Part shown: positions 8,660-19,540 of the stretch, in pieces
Layout of the letters: the number at the start of each line of letters is the position of its first letter
Numbering within the stretch: position 1 is the first letter of the stretch
Assembly (NCBI GenBank): GCA_965371385.1
Contig: CBDUYG010000001.1
Coordinates: 1 to 50,099 of the forward strand
DNA length: 50,099 bases
Reading direction: 5' to 3'
Source: an uncultured Myxococcales bacterium
Lineage (GTDB): Bacteria > Myxococcota_A > UBA9160 > UBA4427
Notes under the pieces: model-generated
The model's database searches: none
Seen by the model: the letters and a program-made list of their open reading frames with translations, nothing else
What the model was told of the DNA's origin: nothing
Program-made: the position numbers and the translations under genes

Positions 8660-9871
8660 CTAATTGATGGCATCGGCGATCTTGAAGATCGGCAGATACA
8701 TCGCGATGAGGATCGTGCCGATCGAGCCACCCATGAACACCATCATGATCGGCTCGAGCATCGAGGTGAGAGCTCCCACGGCGACATCGACCTCGTCGTC
8801 ATAGAAGTCCGCGATCTTATTGAGCATGATCTCCATCGATCCGGTCTCCTCACCCACCGCCATCATCTGGACCATCATTCCGGGGAAGATCTTCGAGCCC
8901 TGGAGAGGCTCGGCCAGGGTCTTGCCCTCGGAGATCGCGGACCGGCAAGCCTGCAGCTCCTCCTCGATGAGCAGGTTGCCCGCCGTCTTGGCCGTAATGT
9001 CGAGGGCGTCGAGGATCGGCACGCCACTGGCGATCATCGTGCCCAGGGTTCGCGTGAAGCGCGCCACGGCGACCTTCTTGATGATGTTTCCGAAGACCGG
9101 GAGGTTGAGCATCAGACGGTGAACCTGGTACCTGAACGCCAGGCTTCGGCCGTACGCCTGCTTGAAGATCACCACGCCGACGAAGAGACCCACCATGCCA
9201 TATCCCACGTAGGCCTGGAGCCACTCGCTCAGGTTGATGACCATCTGCGTCGGTCCGGGAAGCTCACCCCCGAAGTCCTCGAACATCTTCTGGAAGACGG
9301 GAATGACCTTGACGAGGAGCAGGATGATGACGACGACCGCAATGGTGCTCACCGTTGCGGGATACGCCATCGCGCCCTTGAGCTGCCGAGACAGCTTGTC
9401 CGCCTTCTCGAGCTGAACCGCGAGACGGTTCATGATCGTGTCGAGGATACCCCCGATCTCACCCGCTTGGACGAGATTGACGAAGAGCTCATCGAACACC
9501 GCAGGATGCTTCGCCAGGGATTCGGCGAAAGTCGCGCCCGACTCGACGCCGTTCCGGACCTCACCGATGACCCGCTTGAAGGTCACGTTCTCTTCCTGCT
9601 CACCGAGGATCTTGAGACATTGGACCAGGGGAAGACCGGCGTCGATCATCACCGAGAACTGCCGGGTGAAGATCACCAGCTCCTTGGTCGTCACCTTGGG
9701 CTGCAGGAAGGTGAAGATCTCGCTGATGTCCTTCGCCTTCTCCTTGACGCTCACCGGCAGAATGCCCTGAGCACGCAACTGAGCCATCACGGCCTCTTTG
9801 TTGACTGCCTCCAGCACACCCTTCTTGTTCGCGCCCTGCCTTGTTCGGCCCGCCCAGGTATAGATCGACAT
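8660..9871 (-). CDS. pilC: Type IV pilus platform protein PilC (GspF family)
   Basis: 403 aa with the duplicated GspF-type repeat (FTRQFSVMIDAGLPL... and FTRTLGTMIASGVPIL...) and 3 TM segments. Confidence 0.9.
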   Translation of the reverse strand: MSIYTWAGRTRQGANKKGVLEAVNKEAVMAQLRAQGILPVSVKEKAKDISEIFTFLQPKVTTKELVIFTRQFSVMIDAGLPLVQCLKILGEQEENVTFKRVIGEVRNGVESGATFAESLAKHPAVFDELFVNLVQAGEIGGILDTIMNRLAVQLEKADKLSRQLKGAMAYPATVSTIAVVVIILLLVKVIPVFQKMFEDFGGELPGPTQMVINLSEWLQAYVGYGMVGLFVGVVIFKQAYGRSLAFRYQVHRLMLNLPVFGNIIKKVAVARFTRTLGTMIASGVPILDALDITAKTAGNLLIEEELQACRSAISEGKTLAEPLQGSKIFPGMMVQMMAVGEETGSMEIMLNKIADFYDDEVDVAVGALTSMLEPIMMVFMGGSIGTILIAMYLPIFKIADAIN

Positions 9872-10058
9872 CGTTCATCATCCCCCATCGCGTCCGGGCT
9901 CCCATGCCTCCGAGCCCGAGGCGACCTTCCGGCCGCTCGATTCGCGATAATCCCTGCCTCCAGTTTCGACTCTCAGCGCTCGCCTCTTGGCTACGCGCTC
10001 CCGACCCTCTCTACATCCCTTCGCCGCCTCGCCCCTGCACCCATGCGGGGGAGCTCTC

Positions 10059-11138
10059 CTATTCGCCGCCGACGGGGGCCTGGGTGACCATGCCTCGCAG
10101 CTCCTGCACGTCGGGACTTCGTCCCAGGGCGCTGTCCATCGAGATCAGCCGTCGCTGCACGAGAGACGCGAGCGACTGATTCATCGTTTGCATGCCGAAC
10201 TTCGTCTGGCCCACCTGCATCGCCGAATAGAGCTGATGAATCTTGTCCTCGCGGATCAGATTGCGGATCGCCGGGTTCGGGACCATGACCTCGAGGGACA
10301 GAACCCGCCCGGGACCGTTGGCCCGGGGAATCAGGGACTGACAGATCACTCCCTCGAGCACGAAGGAGAGCTGCTGGCGAATCTGCGACTGCTGATAGGG
10401 CGGAAAGACATCGACGATGCGGTTGATCGTCTGCACCGCCGAGTTGGTATGCAACGTCGCGAAGCACAGATGGCCCGTCTCGGCGACCGTGAGTGCCGCT
10501 TCGATGGTCTCGAGATCGCGAAGCTCACCGATCAGAACGATGTCCGGATCCTGACGCAGGATGTACTTCAGGGCCTGCTTGAAGCCCTCGGTATCTGCGC
10601 CGACCTCGCGCTGATTCACGAGGCAGCCCTTGTGGGAGTGCAGATACTCGATCGGGTCCTCGATCGTGATGATGTGCTCGTTCCGATCCTCATTGATCTT
10701 GTTGATGATGCTGGCGAGGGTCGTGGACTTGCCCGAACCTGTGGGCCCGGTCACCAGGATCATGCCTCGCGGCTTCTTCGCCAGCTCGCTGATCACCGGC
10801 GGCAGGTTCAGCTGCTCGAAGGTCAGGATCTTGAAGGGGATCGCACGGAACGCGCCGGCGACGTTGCCCCGCTGAACGAAGATGTTGCCGCGGAAGCGGG
10901 AGAGGCGCTGGACGCTGAACGAGAGGTCGAGCTCGTTGTTCTCCTCGAAGCGATGCTTCTGGGCATCGGTCAGCACCGAGTAGCAGAGCTGCTTCGTCTC
11001 CTGAGGAGAGAGGGGCGGCATCTTGAGAGCACACAGTTTCCCGTCGATCCGCAGCTGAGGCGGGGTCCCGGTCGTGATGTGCAGATCGCTGGCGCCCTTC
11101 TCGATCATCGCCTTCAAGAGCTGATGCATGTTTGCCAT
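10059..11138 (-). CDS. pilT: Type IV pilus retraction ATPase PilT
   Basis: 359 aa. ASDLHITTGTPPQLRIDG, Walker A GPTGSGKST and the PilT-type AIRNLIREDKIHQ motif. Confidence 0.9.
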   Translation of the reverse strand: MANMHQLLKAMIEKGASDLHITTGTPPQLRIDGKLCALKMPPLSPQETKQLCYSVLTDAQKHRFEENNELDLSFSVQRLSRFRGNIFVQRGNVAGAFRAIPFKILTFEQLNLPPVISELAKKPRGMILVTGPTGSGKSTTLASIINKINEDRNEHIITIEDPIEYLHSHKGCLVNQREVGADTEGFKQALKYILRQDPDIVLIGELRDLETIEAALTVAETGHLCFATLHTNSAVQTINRIVDVFPPYQQSQIRQQLSFVLEGVICQSLIPRANGPGRVLSLEVMVPNPAIRNLIREDKIHQLYSAMQVGQTKFGMQTMNQSLASLVQRRLISMDSALGRSPDVQELRGMVTQAPVGGE

Positions 11139-11150
11139 TTACGATGACTC

Positions 11151-12851
<1,701 letters not shown>

Positions 12852-12981
12852 AGGGCTGTCCCCTCACCACGTTTACGGGCCATGGGCCCCACGGGAGGAG
12901 AAAGAGACGAGTGACTCCGGCGCCCATCCCCCGCGGATACACCTGCCGTGCCAGAAGCAAAAGCAGCGCAATCTCGCAGGA

Positions 12982-14133
12982 TTATCGGCGTTCGGTTCCG
13001 GGATCTTTACCGGGCTGGTAGGTCAATTCGCCCAAGGACGTGTGTTGCACGCGCAATACGATCGCGCCGAGCACCACCAGACTGATCCAGAACAGGAACC
13101 AGACCAGCAAGCCCATCGCCAGGGCGGTGGCAGGATCGACTCCGAAGCGCTCGAGGACCGAGCTGAAGGCCAATTGATAGGTGCCGAAGAAACCGGGCGC
13201 AGAGGGGATCGCGACGGCGACGCCGACCGCGGCGAGCAGGATCCATGATGTCATGATCGTATCGGCCGCCCCGCCGAGATCGATGTCGAAGGCCCATACC
13301 GCGGCCAGCAACGGGATCGTCGAGAGGACGAGCCAGATTACGAGCGTATGGAAGAGGATCCAGAATAAGTGTGTCCCACCCGTGAGCGAACCAAGCCCCT
13401 CCGAGAAGCTCCGCAGCAGCTTCTCCAGGGTCGTGCCGATTCGTTCCGGAAAGGGCCGGACGAACCAACGAGTGATCGAGACGATCTGCTCGGGAAAGAG
13501 GCGCAGCAGGATCAGTCCGACCACCGGAACGCACGCGGCCGGCAGCAAGAGAAGGGTGCCACGAGCCAGGAGGCTGTCTCCGCCTCGGCCGATCCAGGTG
13601 AGCGAGACCGCCGCGAGGACGAGAACGGCGATGACATCGAGCAACCTCTCGATCACGATCGTCCCCAGGATCGCCGTGGCGCTCACCCCCTGCTCCCGGG
13701 CGAGGCTCCAGGCGCGCACGAGCTCTCCGATTCGAAGGGGAACCAGGTTGTTCACCATGAACCCCAGGGCCTGGGCACGAAAGAGAGCCCCGCGCGGGAT
13801 CTCGGCGATCGGGTTCGTGAAGTGCCGCCAGCGCAGTGCCCGGACCCAGACGCTCAGCACGTAGCAGGGAAGCGAGAGCACCAGCAGCAGGGGTAGATCG
13901 GCCCGGCCCATGGCGACCACGACTTCGCCCAGGGGAATGCCGCGAGCGGCGTACCAGAAGGCCACCGCGGTGATGGCGATCCCGAACCAGACCTTCCAGT
14001 CCAGGTGCCAGGGGCGACGGGGCGCAGCTGCGGCTGCCGCTTCGCCGATCTCTTCGTCGGCCTCGCCGATCTTTGCATCGGCATCGCGCCGGGCCTGGGC
14101 CCGGGCTTTCAGCTGGATCTCGCTAGGGTCCAT
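12982..14133 (-). CDS. Lysylphosphatidylglycerol-synthase-TM-region (UPF0104, flippase-like) membrane protein
   Basis: 383 aa, polytopic. Motif pattern VWVRALRWRHF...NNLVPLRIGELVRAWSL...IVIERLLDV is typical of this family. Confidence 0.65.
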   Translation of the reverse strand: MDPSEIQLKARAQARRDADAKIGEADEEIGEAAAAAAPRRPWHLDWKVWFGIAITAVAFWYAARGIPLGEVVVAMGRADLPLLLVLSLPCYVLSVWVRALRWRHFTNPIAEIPRGALFRAQALGFMVNNLVPLRIGELVRAWSLAREQGVSATAILGTIVIERLLDVIAVLVLAAVSLTWIGRGGDSLLARGTLLLLPAACVPVVGLILLRLFPEQIVSITRWFVRPFPERIGTTLEKLLRSFSEGLGSLTGGTHLFWILFHTLVIWLVLSTIPLLAAVWAFDIDLGGAADTIMTSWILLAAVGVAVAIPSAPGFFGTYQLAFSSVLERFGVDPATALAMGLLVWFLFWISLVVLGAIVLRVQHTSLGELTYQPGKDPGTERR

Positions 14134-14164
14134 TTATATATACGCGTTCGCCGGTGCCCATCTG

Positions 14165-14227
14165 ATCATCGAGCTGCTGAATCATCGACCTGCTCAATCG
14201 TCGATCCCTGGATTCATCGATGAATCG
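14165..14227. repeat. Degenerate ~16-bp tandem repeat (4 units) ending in a 14-nt perfect palindrome
   Basis: Units are ATCATCGAGCTGCTGA / ATCATCGACCTGCTCA / ATCGTCGATCCCTGG / ATTCATCGATGAATCG. ATTCATCGATGAAT (14212-14225) is self-complementary. Lies in the spacer between the ribF stop and the next gene start. Confidence 0.6.
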
Positions 14228-14261
14228 TTCAACGTACCATCATTGGGGTCATTTCTCGGAC

Positions 14262-15218
14262 TCACTCGACTCCGAGCTTGACCCTCGCATTCTCCACATC
14301 TGCCGCGATCTGTGTCCGCAACGCCTCGACGTCTGGAAACTTCCGCTCCGAGCGCAACCGGTAGCGAAAGCCAAGCTCGACCGAGCGACCGTAGAGGTCG
14401 CCATCGAAGTTCAAGAGATGCGCCTCGGCAAGCAGCTGACCATTTTCGTAGAAGGTCGGCCGAAGCCCTACATTGACCACAGCGGGGTATCGCTCATTCC
14501 GCTCATTCCCGCCACCACCGAGAATCCGCAACTCACCGGCGTAGACGCCCGAATCCGGCAGGATTTCATTCTCGGGGAGGAGGTTGGCAGTGGGAAAGCC
14601 GATCGTGCGCCCCCGTCGAGCGCCGTCGATGATCGTGCCGCGAACGCTGAAGGGGCGTCCGAGCAACTGTTGGGCGGTCTCGACCTCCCCCACCGAGAGC
14701 AGGCTACGAATCCGGGTCGAGTTGACGTCGCGCCCGGAGACCTTCACCTCGGGAATGATCGTCACGGAGAAACCGAGCTGGGGGCCGGTCTCGCTCAGGG
14801 TTCGCATCGAGCCTTCGCGATCGCGTCCGAAATGGAAGTCGTATCCCACAAAGACCTCGACGGGACGGATCCGCTCGTAGACGATGCCGCGCACGAAGCG
14901 CTCGGGCGAGATGCTCGCGAACTCTCGATTGAAGGGCTCGACGATCACGACGTCGACCCCGATCTCCGCGAGAGCCTCGAGCTTCTGCTCGATCGTGGTC
15001 AACAGCCGAGGCGGACTGTCGGGCTGGAGCACTCTGCGAGGATGGGGATCGAAGGTGAGCACAACGGCCTGCCCCTGGCGAATGCGGGCGCGCTCGATGA
15101 CGGTCTCCATGATCGCACGATGGCCGAGATGAACACCGTCGAAGTTGCCAATGGTGAGCACCGGCCTCACGAGGCCCTGGCCCAGAGCTGACGTTCCGCG
15201 AATCGCCTCCAATCTCAT
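14262..15218 (-). CDS. ribF: Bifunctional riboflavin kinase / FMN adenylyltransferase
   Basis: 318 aa. LTIGNFDGVHLGHRAIM, and a C-terminal riboflavin kinase part (GFPTANL...GVYAG...VVNVGLRPTF). The true start may be a few codons downstream of 15218, because the SD AGGAG is only 1 nt from the ATG. Confidence 0.9.
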   Translation of the reverse strand: MRLEAIRGTSALGQGLVRPVLTIGNFDGVHLGHRAIMETVIERARIRQGQAVVLTFDPHPRRVLQPDSPPRLLTTIEQKLEALAEIGVDVVIVEPFNREFASISPERFVRGIVYERIRPVEVFVGYDFHFGRDREGSMRTLSETGPQLGFSVTIIPEVKVSGRDVNSTRIRSLLSVGEVETAQQLLGRPFSVRGTIIDGARRGRTIGFPTANLLPENEILPDSGVYAGELRILGGGGNERNERYPAVVNVGLRPTFYENGQLLAEAHLLNFDGDLYGRSVELGFRYRLRSERKFPDVEALRTQIAADVENARVKLGVE

Positions 15219-15227
15219 ACTCCTGGG

Positions 15228-15306
15228 CTAGCCCGAATTATTCGTGAGCGCTCTGCTGCGGACGGCAATAGCCCTCGCAACGAGCTTCGAGAATAATCCG
15301 GGCTAG
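15228..15306 (+). repeat. MITE/REP-like inverted-repeat element, short (79-nt) form
   Basis: Arms CTAGCCCGAATTATTC (15228-15243) and GAATAATCCGGGCTAG (15291-15306) are 15/16 complementary. 15228-15272 matches the reverse complement of 49859-49903 at 41/45. 15273-15306 matches the reverse complement of 49672-49705 at 29/34. Confidence 0.65.
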
Positions 15307-15310
15307 AGTC

Positions 15311-16396
15311 GTGTCCGTGCGAATTCTCTCGCGTTATTTCGCGCTTCGCTATCTAGGCATGTTCGCGGCGATCCTGACCGCCTCGACGCTCAGCATCATC
15401 ATCGTGGAGATGCTACTCAATCTGGACGACATGCTCCGCGGCGAGAAAGGAACCGCGGGAGCGTTGCAGTACCTCTTCTTGCGGATTCCGAGCTACTACC
15501 TGCGCGAGCTCATGCCGATCACGTCCTTCGCGGCCAGCTTCTTCTCGCTCGGGATTGCCGGCCATCACCTCGAAATACTAGCCGCGAAGACGGCCGGAAT
15601 CTCGACGAGGCGCATCCTGCTCCCCGTCCTCGCTGGGGCGACCCTGCTGGCCCTCGGCTACTTCGTCATCGGCGAAACCTGGATCGTCAGCTCGACGCGG
15701 GAGTGGAATCGGGGCTGGAGCCAGGATCGGCCGGACGTGCACTTCCGTCGTGGCTCGTTCTGGTATCAGCGAGGTCATACTATATACAGCGTTGCGAGCG
15801 CCGACCCAACGACCAACACCCTTCGGGGAGTCCGGCTTTTCGAACTCAACCGGGACGGTCGCCTGCTGCGCAGCATCAGCTCCCAACACGTCGATGTCGA
15901 GCCGAACCATCGCTGGCGCTTCCACGATGTCTCCCTGGTTCGCTTCACGCCCGAAGATCCCCTGGCAGCCCCGATCCCCAGCCGGCTCTCGGAGCTGACC
16001 CTGGATGTGGGTGACCGCGGTGACATCGAATCGATCGACACGGATCTCCAGAGCCTCAGCATGCGAGAGCTTCGAGGCTATATGCGTGATCGCCGGGCCG
16101 AAGGCGAAGCGATCCATCGCGCAGAGACCATCTTCCACACCCGCCTCGCCGACTCCGTCAGTCTGATCCTCTTCGCGCTTCTCGCTGCGCCCTTTGGTCT
16201 CCAGGTCGAGGAGCGACACAGCTTCGGAATACCCGCGCTCTGGGGAATCGCCACCGTCGCGATCTTCTTCACCCTTCGCAGCGTGAGCCTCACCCTCTCG
16301 AGCGAGGGGATCGTCTCGGCGGCCGCGGCGATCTGGTCCTTGATGGCGCTCTTCGCGCTCGTAGGGTGTGCGAGGCTCGTCCACGTACGCGGTTGA
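15311..16396 (+). CDS. LptF/LptG-family (YjgP/YjgQ) LPS export permease
   Basis: 361 aa. N-terminus ILSRYFALRYLGMFAAIL, then three TM helices, a large periplasmic domain and three more TM helices, which is the family architecture. Confidence 0.75.
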   Translation: MSVRILSRYFALRYLGMFAAILTASTLSIIIVEMLLNLDDMLRGEKGTAGALQYLFLRIPSYYLRELMPITSFAASFFSLGIAGHHLEILAAKTAGISTRRILLPVLAGATLLALGYFVIGETWIVSSTREWNRGWSQDRPDVHFRRGSFWYQRGHTIYSVASADPTTNTLRGVRLFELNRDGRLLRSISSQHVDVEPNHRWRFHDVSLVRFTPEDPLAAPIPSRLSELTLDVGDRGDIESIDTDLQSLSMRELRGYMRDRRAEGEAIHRAETIFHTRLADSVSLILFALLAAPFGLQVEERHSFGIPALWGIATVAIFFTLRSVSLTLSSEGIVSAAAAIWSLMALFALVGCARLVHVRG

Positions 16397-16403
16397 CCGG
16401 CGA

Positions 16404-17441
16404 CTACTCGCCGGCCGTAACGCTCGTGCCGGAGCTTTCGGTTGCACTCGAGGTGGGGAGTCCGGCGCTCACGGGCGGCAGGACCGTCTCCGGCGCTCGC
16501 GGTGCGCCACGCGAACGCTGGGGCGGAGCAGAAATCCGTGACGTCGCAGGCGGTGGTCCGATCTCTACATCGAGATAGCGATAGAACTCGTGATCCGGCG
16601 ATACGACGAGAGTCATGCCGGGCCCCATCGTCTTGCGATACGCCTCGAGACTGCGGATGAAGCCGTAGAATTCGGGATCCTTGTTGTGGGCCTCACCGAA
16701 TATGCGGGTCGAGTTGGCGTCGCCCTCACCGCGCACCCGCGACGCCTCGGAGCGGGACTTCGCAAGGGTCGAGACGGCTTGGCGATTGGCATTGGCCCGG
16801 ATCTCCCGCGCCTGACGCTCACCCTGGGCCCGGTGCTCTCGCGCCAGGGCCCTCCGCTGCTCGCGCATCTGCGCGTAGGCGGCGGGTACCGCGTTGGGTG
16901 GAAGCTCGGTGCGGTTGAGTCGGACGTCTACTACCTCGACACCCGTTCCGGCCAGACGCTCATTGCTGTCCTCGTCGAGGCGCGTGAGGATCTCCGCGCG
17001 TTGCAAGAGCTGAGAGAGCTGAAGACTGCCGATCCTCGAGCCCACCAGGGATTTCACGACCTCCTGGATCCGACTCTCCGCCGCGGAGATTCCCTTCGGA
17101 AAGTTCTGCAGGAAATTCAGGGGCTCCGTGATCTTCCACAGCACGTAATAGTCGACGATCAGCTTCTCGTTGTTCGCGATCAGGACCTGCACGGGCTTCG
17201 CGTTGAGGTATTGCAGGCGGCGGTCGAACACATAGACGTCATCGAAGAACGGGATGTTCCAGACCAGTGGATCCCAGCCCGGCTCGGTGATCTCCGCCCG
17301 GGGACCGAAGATGCCGACGATCACCTTGAATTCGTCCTCCTTGGTGATCACGAGGGGCGGATAGCCATACTCGGCAGCCCAGATCAACCCGACGAAGATC
17401 GCGACGATGAGCAGGACGGGAATCAAGACCCGTCTCATCAC
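16404..17441 (-). CDS. hflC: SPFH/band-7 protein HflC, with a Pro/Ser-rich C-terminal tail
   Basis: 345 aa. N-terminal TM helix, SPFH core and a long charged helix (REQRRALAREHRAQGERQAREIRANANRQ). 4-nt overlap with the hflK stop. Confidence 0.8.
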   Translation of the reverse strand: MMRRVLIPVLLIVAIFVGLIWAAEYGYPPLVITKEDEFKVIVGIFGPRAEITEPGWDPLVWNIPFFDDVYVFDRRLQYLNAKPVQVLIANNEKLIVDYYVLWKITEPLNFLQNFPKGISAAESRIQEVVKSLVGSRIGSLQLSQLLQRAEILTRLDEDSNERLAGTGVEVVDVRLNRTELPPNAVPAAYAQMREQRRALAREHRAQGERQAREIRANANRQAVSTLAKSRSEASRVRGEGDANSTRIFGEAHNKDPEFYGFIRSLEAYRKTMGPGMTLVVSPDHEFYRYLDVEIGPPPATSRISAPPQRSRGAPRAPETVLPPVSAGLPTSSATESSGTSVTAGE

Positions 17442-18457
17442 GAGCCTCCTTCGCGGCGGCTCGGCAGCGAGAGGAGGGGAAGCATCTGGACCGCATCCTT
17501 CTCGACCACGATCGTCTGGACGTCGGGCAACACCGCTTCCATCGTCTCGATGTAATAGCGGCGGCGGGTCACCTCCCGGGCGTTCTGATACTCGGCCAGC
17601 AGCGCCTCGAATCGCGCCGCCTCACCCTCGGCCTCGAGCACTTTGGCATCGCGGTAGGCCTCGGCACTCTGGGTGACCTCGATCGCCTCTGCGTTGGCCT
17701 TCTCGAGGATTTCCTGGGCATCGCCTCGCGCCCCGGATTCCGCCCTCGCCTGATCCTGCTGAGCCGCGACGACATCGTCGAAGGCCGCCTGGACGTCCCT
17801 CGGTGGCTGTACGCTCTGCAGCTGAATGTCGCGAATCTCGAACGCGGCCTTCGTCGGATCGCCGCCGGCGTATCGCGCCAGGGTTTCTTCGAGGATCGTC
17901 TTGGCCTCGCGCTCGACCCCCGCGCGATTCGACGAGAGAACGGCGTCGATCTCCTGCTGTCCGATCACCTCGCGCACCGCAGCCTGGGTCGCGTCGCGCA
18001 GGGTCTGGATCGGGTCCTGCAGGGTATAGAGGAAGCTGAAGGGATCCTTGATCGTGTACTGCAACACGTAGCTCGGGATCACGATGTTGCTGTCGGCGGT
18101 CTGGACGGCGTTCTGGCTGATGTTGGGGCTGTCACCGTCCTTGCTGGCTGCGACGTCCTGCTCCTCGAATCCGAACTCCAGCCGTCGAATCTCCGTGACG
18201 TTCACCTTCTCCACCATGCCAATCGGGGTCGGGAGCGTCCAGCGGGTCCCCGGCTCGCGGACGGTGTCGTGGTACGCGCCGAGGAAGAGAACGACCGCGG
18301 CCTCGCCCGGCTCGAGATAGTAGATGCCCGTCATCATCCACGATCCGATCAGCCCGAGCGAGATCAGAACGGCGGCCCAATTGGCCAGGGTTCTCGCCGC
18401 AGAGCGCCGGATCCGCTGATCGGTATCCAGCTCCTCATCCCCGTTCTTCTCTGCCAC
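17438..18457 (-). CDS. hflK: SPFH/band-7 protein HflK
   Basis: 339 aa. TM helix, then IYYLEPGEAAVVLFLGAYHDTVREPGTRW, the SPFH core and a charged coiled coil. Paired with hflC. Confidence 0.8.
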   Translation of the reverse strand: MAEKNGDEELDTDQRIRRSAARTLANWAAVLISLGLIGSWMMTGIYYLEPGEAAVVLFLGAYHDTVREPGTRWTLPTPIGMVEKVNVTEIRRLEFGFEEQDVAASKDGDSPNISQNAVQTADSNIVIPSYVLQYTIKDPFSFLYTLQDPIQTLRDATQAAVREVIGQQEIDAVLSSNRAGVEREAKTILEETLARYAGGDPTKAAFEIRDIQLQSVQPPRDVQAAFDDVVAAQQDQARAESGARGDAQEILEKANAEAIEVTQSAEAYRDAKVLEAEGEAARFEALLAEYQNAREVTRRRYYIETMEAVLPDVQTIVVEKDAVQMLPLLSLPSRREGGS

Positions 18458-18458
18458 C

Positions 18459-19295
18459 TTACTCCGACCCTTCTTTCAAGCGGTTCGTCACCCCCGTCTG
18501 GGCAGACGTATCGCCTCCTCCCGGGACGCTTCCTCCACCATCGGCTCCGCCCTGCGACTGCATTTCGAGCAGAGGCCGGATTAAATCGATGGGGACCGGA
18601 AAGATCGTCGTAGAGTTCCGCTCGCCGGCGATTTCGGCCAGCGTCTGGAGGTAGCGAAGCTGGATGCCGAGGGGCTCGGAGCCCAGCACCCGGGACGCGT
18701 CCGCGATGCGCTGGGACGCCAGGAACTCACCCTCGGCGAGCACGACCTTCGCGCGCTTCTCGCGCTCGGCCTCGGCCTGCTTCGCCATCACGCGCTGCAT
18801 CTCGGTGGGCAGATCGATCTGCTTCAGCTCGACCGCCCGGACCTTCACGCCCCAGGGCTCGGTCTGGAGATCGATGATCTCCTGGAGCTCGCGGTTGATG
18901 CGATCGCGTTCGGAGAGCAGATCGTCGAGCTCGGCCTGGCCGCAGACGCTGCGCAATGTCGTCTGCGCCATCTGCGAGGTGCCGTAGAGATAGTTTTCTA
19001 CCTGGATCACCGCCTTCTCGGGATGCAGCACCCGGAAGTAGAGCACCGCGTTCACCTTGACCGAGACATTGTCTCGGGTGATCACCTCCTGGGCGGGGAT
19101 ATCCATCACGATCTCGCGCAGGCTGATCCGCTCCATACGATCGACCATCGGGATGATCCACTTCAAGCCGGCCGTCTTGACGCCGGTGTAGCGACCCAGA
19201 CGAAAGATGACGCCGCGCTCGTACTCGGCCAGGATCCGGACGCCGGATGCGACGAGCAGCACGAGAATCGTTAGTGCGATCGGCACTCCAAACAA
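18459..19295 (-). CDS. Stomatin-like (slipin) SPFH protein
   Basis: 278 aa. [20 protein letters not shown]...[19 protein letters not shown]...[24 protein letters not shown] start preceded by GGAGGGG. Downstream of nfeD. Confidence 0.85.
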   Translation of the reverse strand: MFGVPIALTILVLLVASGVRILAEYERGVIFRLGRYTGVKTAGLKWIIPMVDRMERISLREIVMDIPAQEVITRDNVSVKVNAVLYFRVLHPEKAVIQVENYLYGTSQMAQTTLRSVCGQAELDDLLSERDRINRELQEIIDLQTEPWGVKVRAVELKQIDLPTEMQRVMAKQAEAEREKRAKVVLAEGEFLASQRIADASRVLGSEPLGIQLRYLQTLAEIAGERNSTTIFPVPIDLIRPLLEMQSQGGADGGGSVPGGGDTSAQTGVTNRLKEGSE

Positions 19296-19330
19296 TGTCT
19301 TCCCCTCCCCTTATCTACTCTCACGACTTC

Positions 19331-19365
19331 TGACTACTACTGATTACTACTGACTACTCCGACTG
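19331..19365. repeat. 10-bp tandem repeat, about 3.5 units
   Basis: TGACTACTAC / TGATTACTAC / TGACTACTCC / GACTG. Lies in the 245-nt nfeD-to-stomatin spacer, about 35 nt upstream of the stomatin start on the coding strand. Confidence 0.6.
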
Positions 19366-19540
19366 CGCCGTCACCTTGACTGGTCCGCCTGGCTGGCCTC
19401 GCACGCGCAAGATCGAGCCCGAAGATCGAGCGATCCAGCGACCTGCAATCAGGCGCACAACCCGGCCCCATGCCAAACGAAGCCGGACCGTGGATCGCGC
19501 TGGCGAGCATAGACGACCCGGGCCCGGGCTGGCAGAAAAA

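Noticed and set aside
10031-10052. Hairpin after the pilT stop, and other weak stems at 38509-38532, 45768-45788 and 44176-44192, considered as terminators
   Set aside because: The stems are short or imperfect and have no following U-run on the relevant strand. Only the 24848-24882 structure meets intrinsic-terminator criteria.
8648-10087. 479-aa plus-strand ORF, together with similar long ORFs at 19376-20998 (+), 40015-42600 (+), 27941-29518 (-), 45536-46768 (-), 48408-49682 (-), 5964-7097 (+), 42293-43645 (+) and 957-1853 (+)
   Set aside because: All are antisense or out of frame to genes with clear family motifs. Their translations are Arg/Pro/His/Asp-rich low-complexity strings, typical of shadow ORFs in high-GC DNA.
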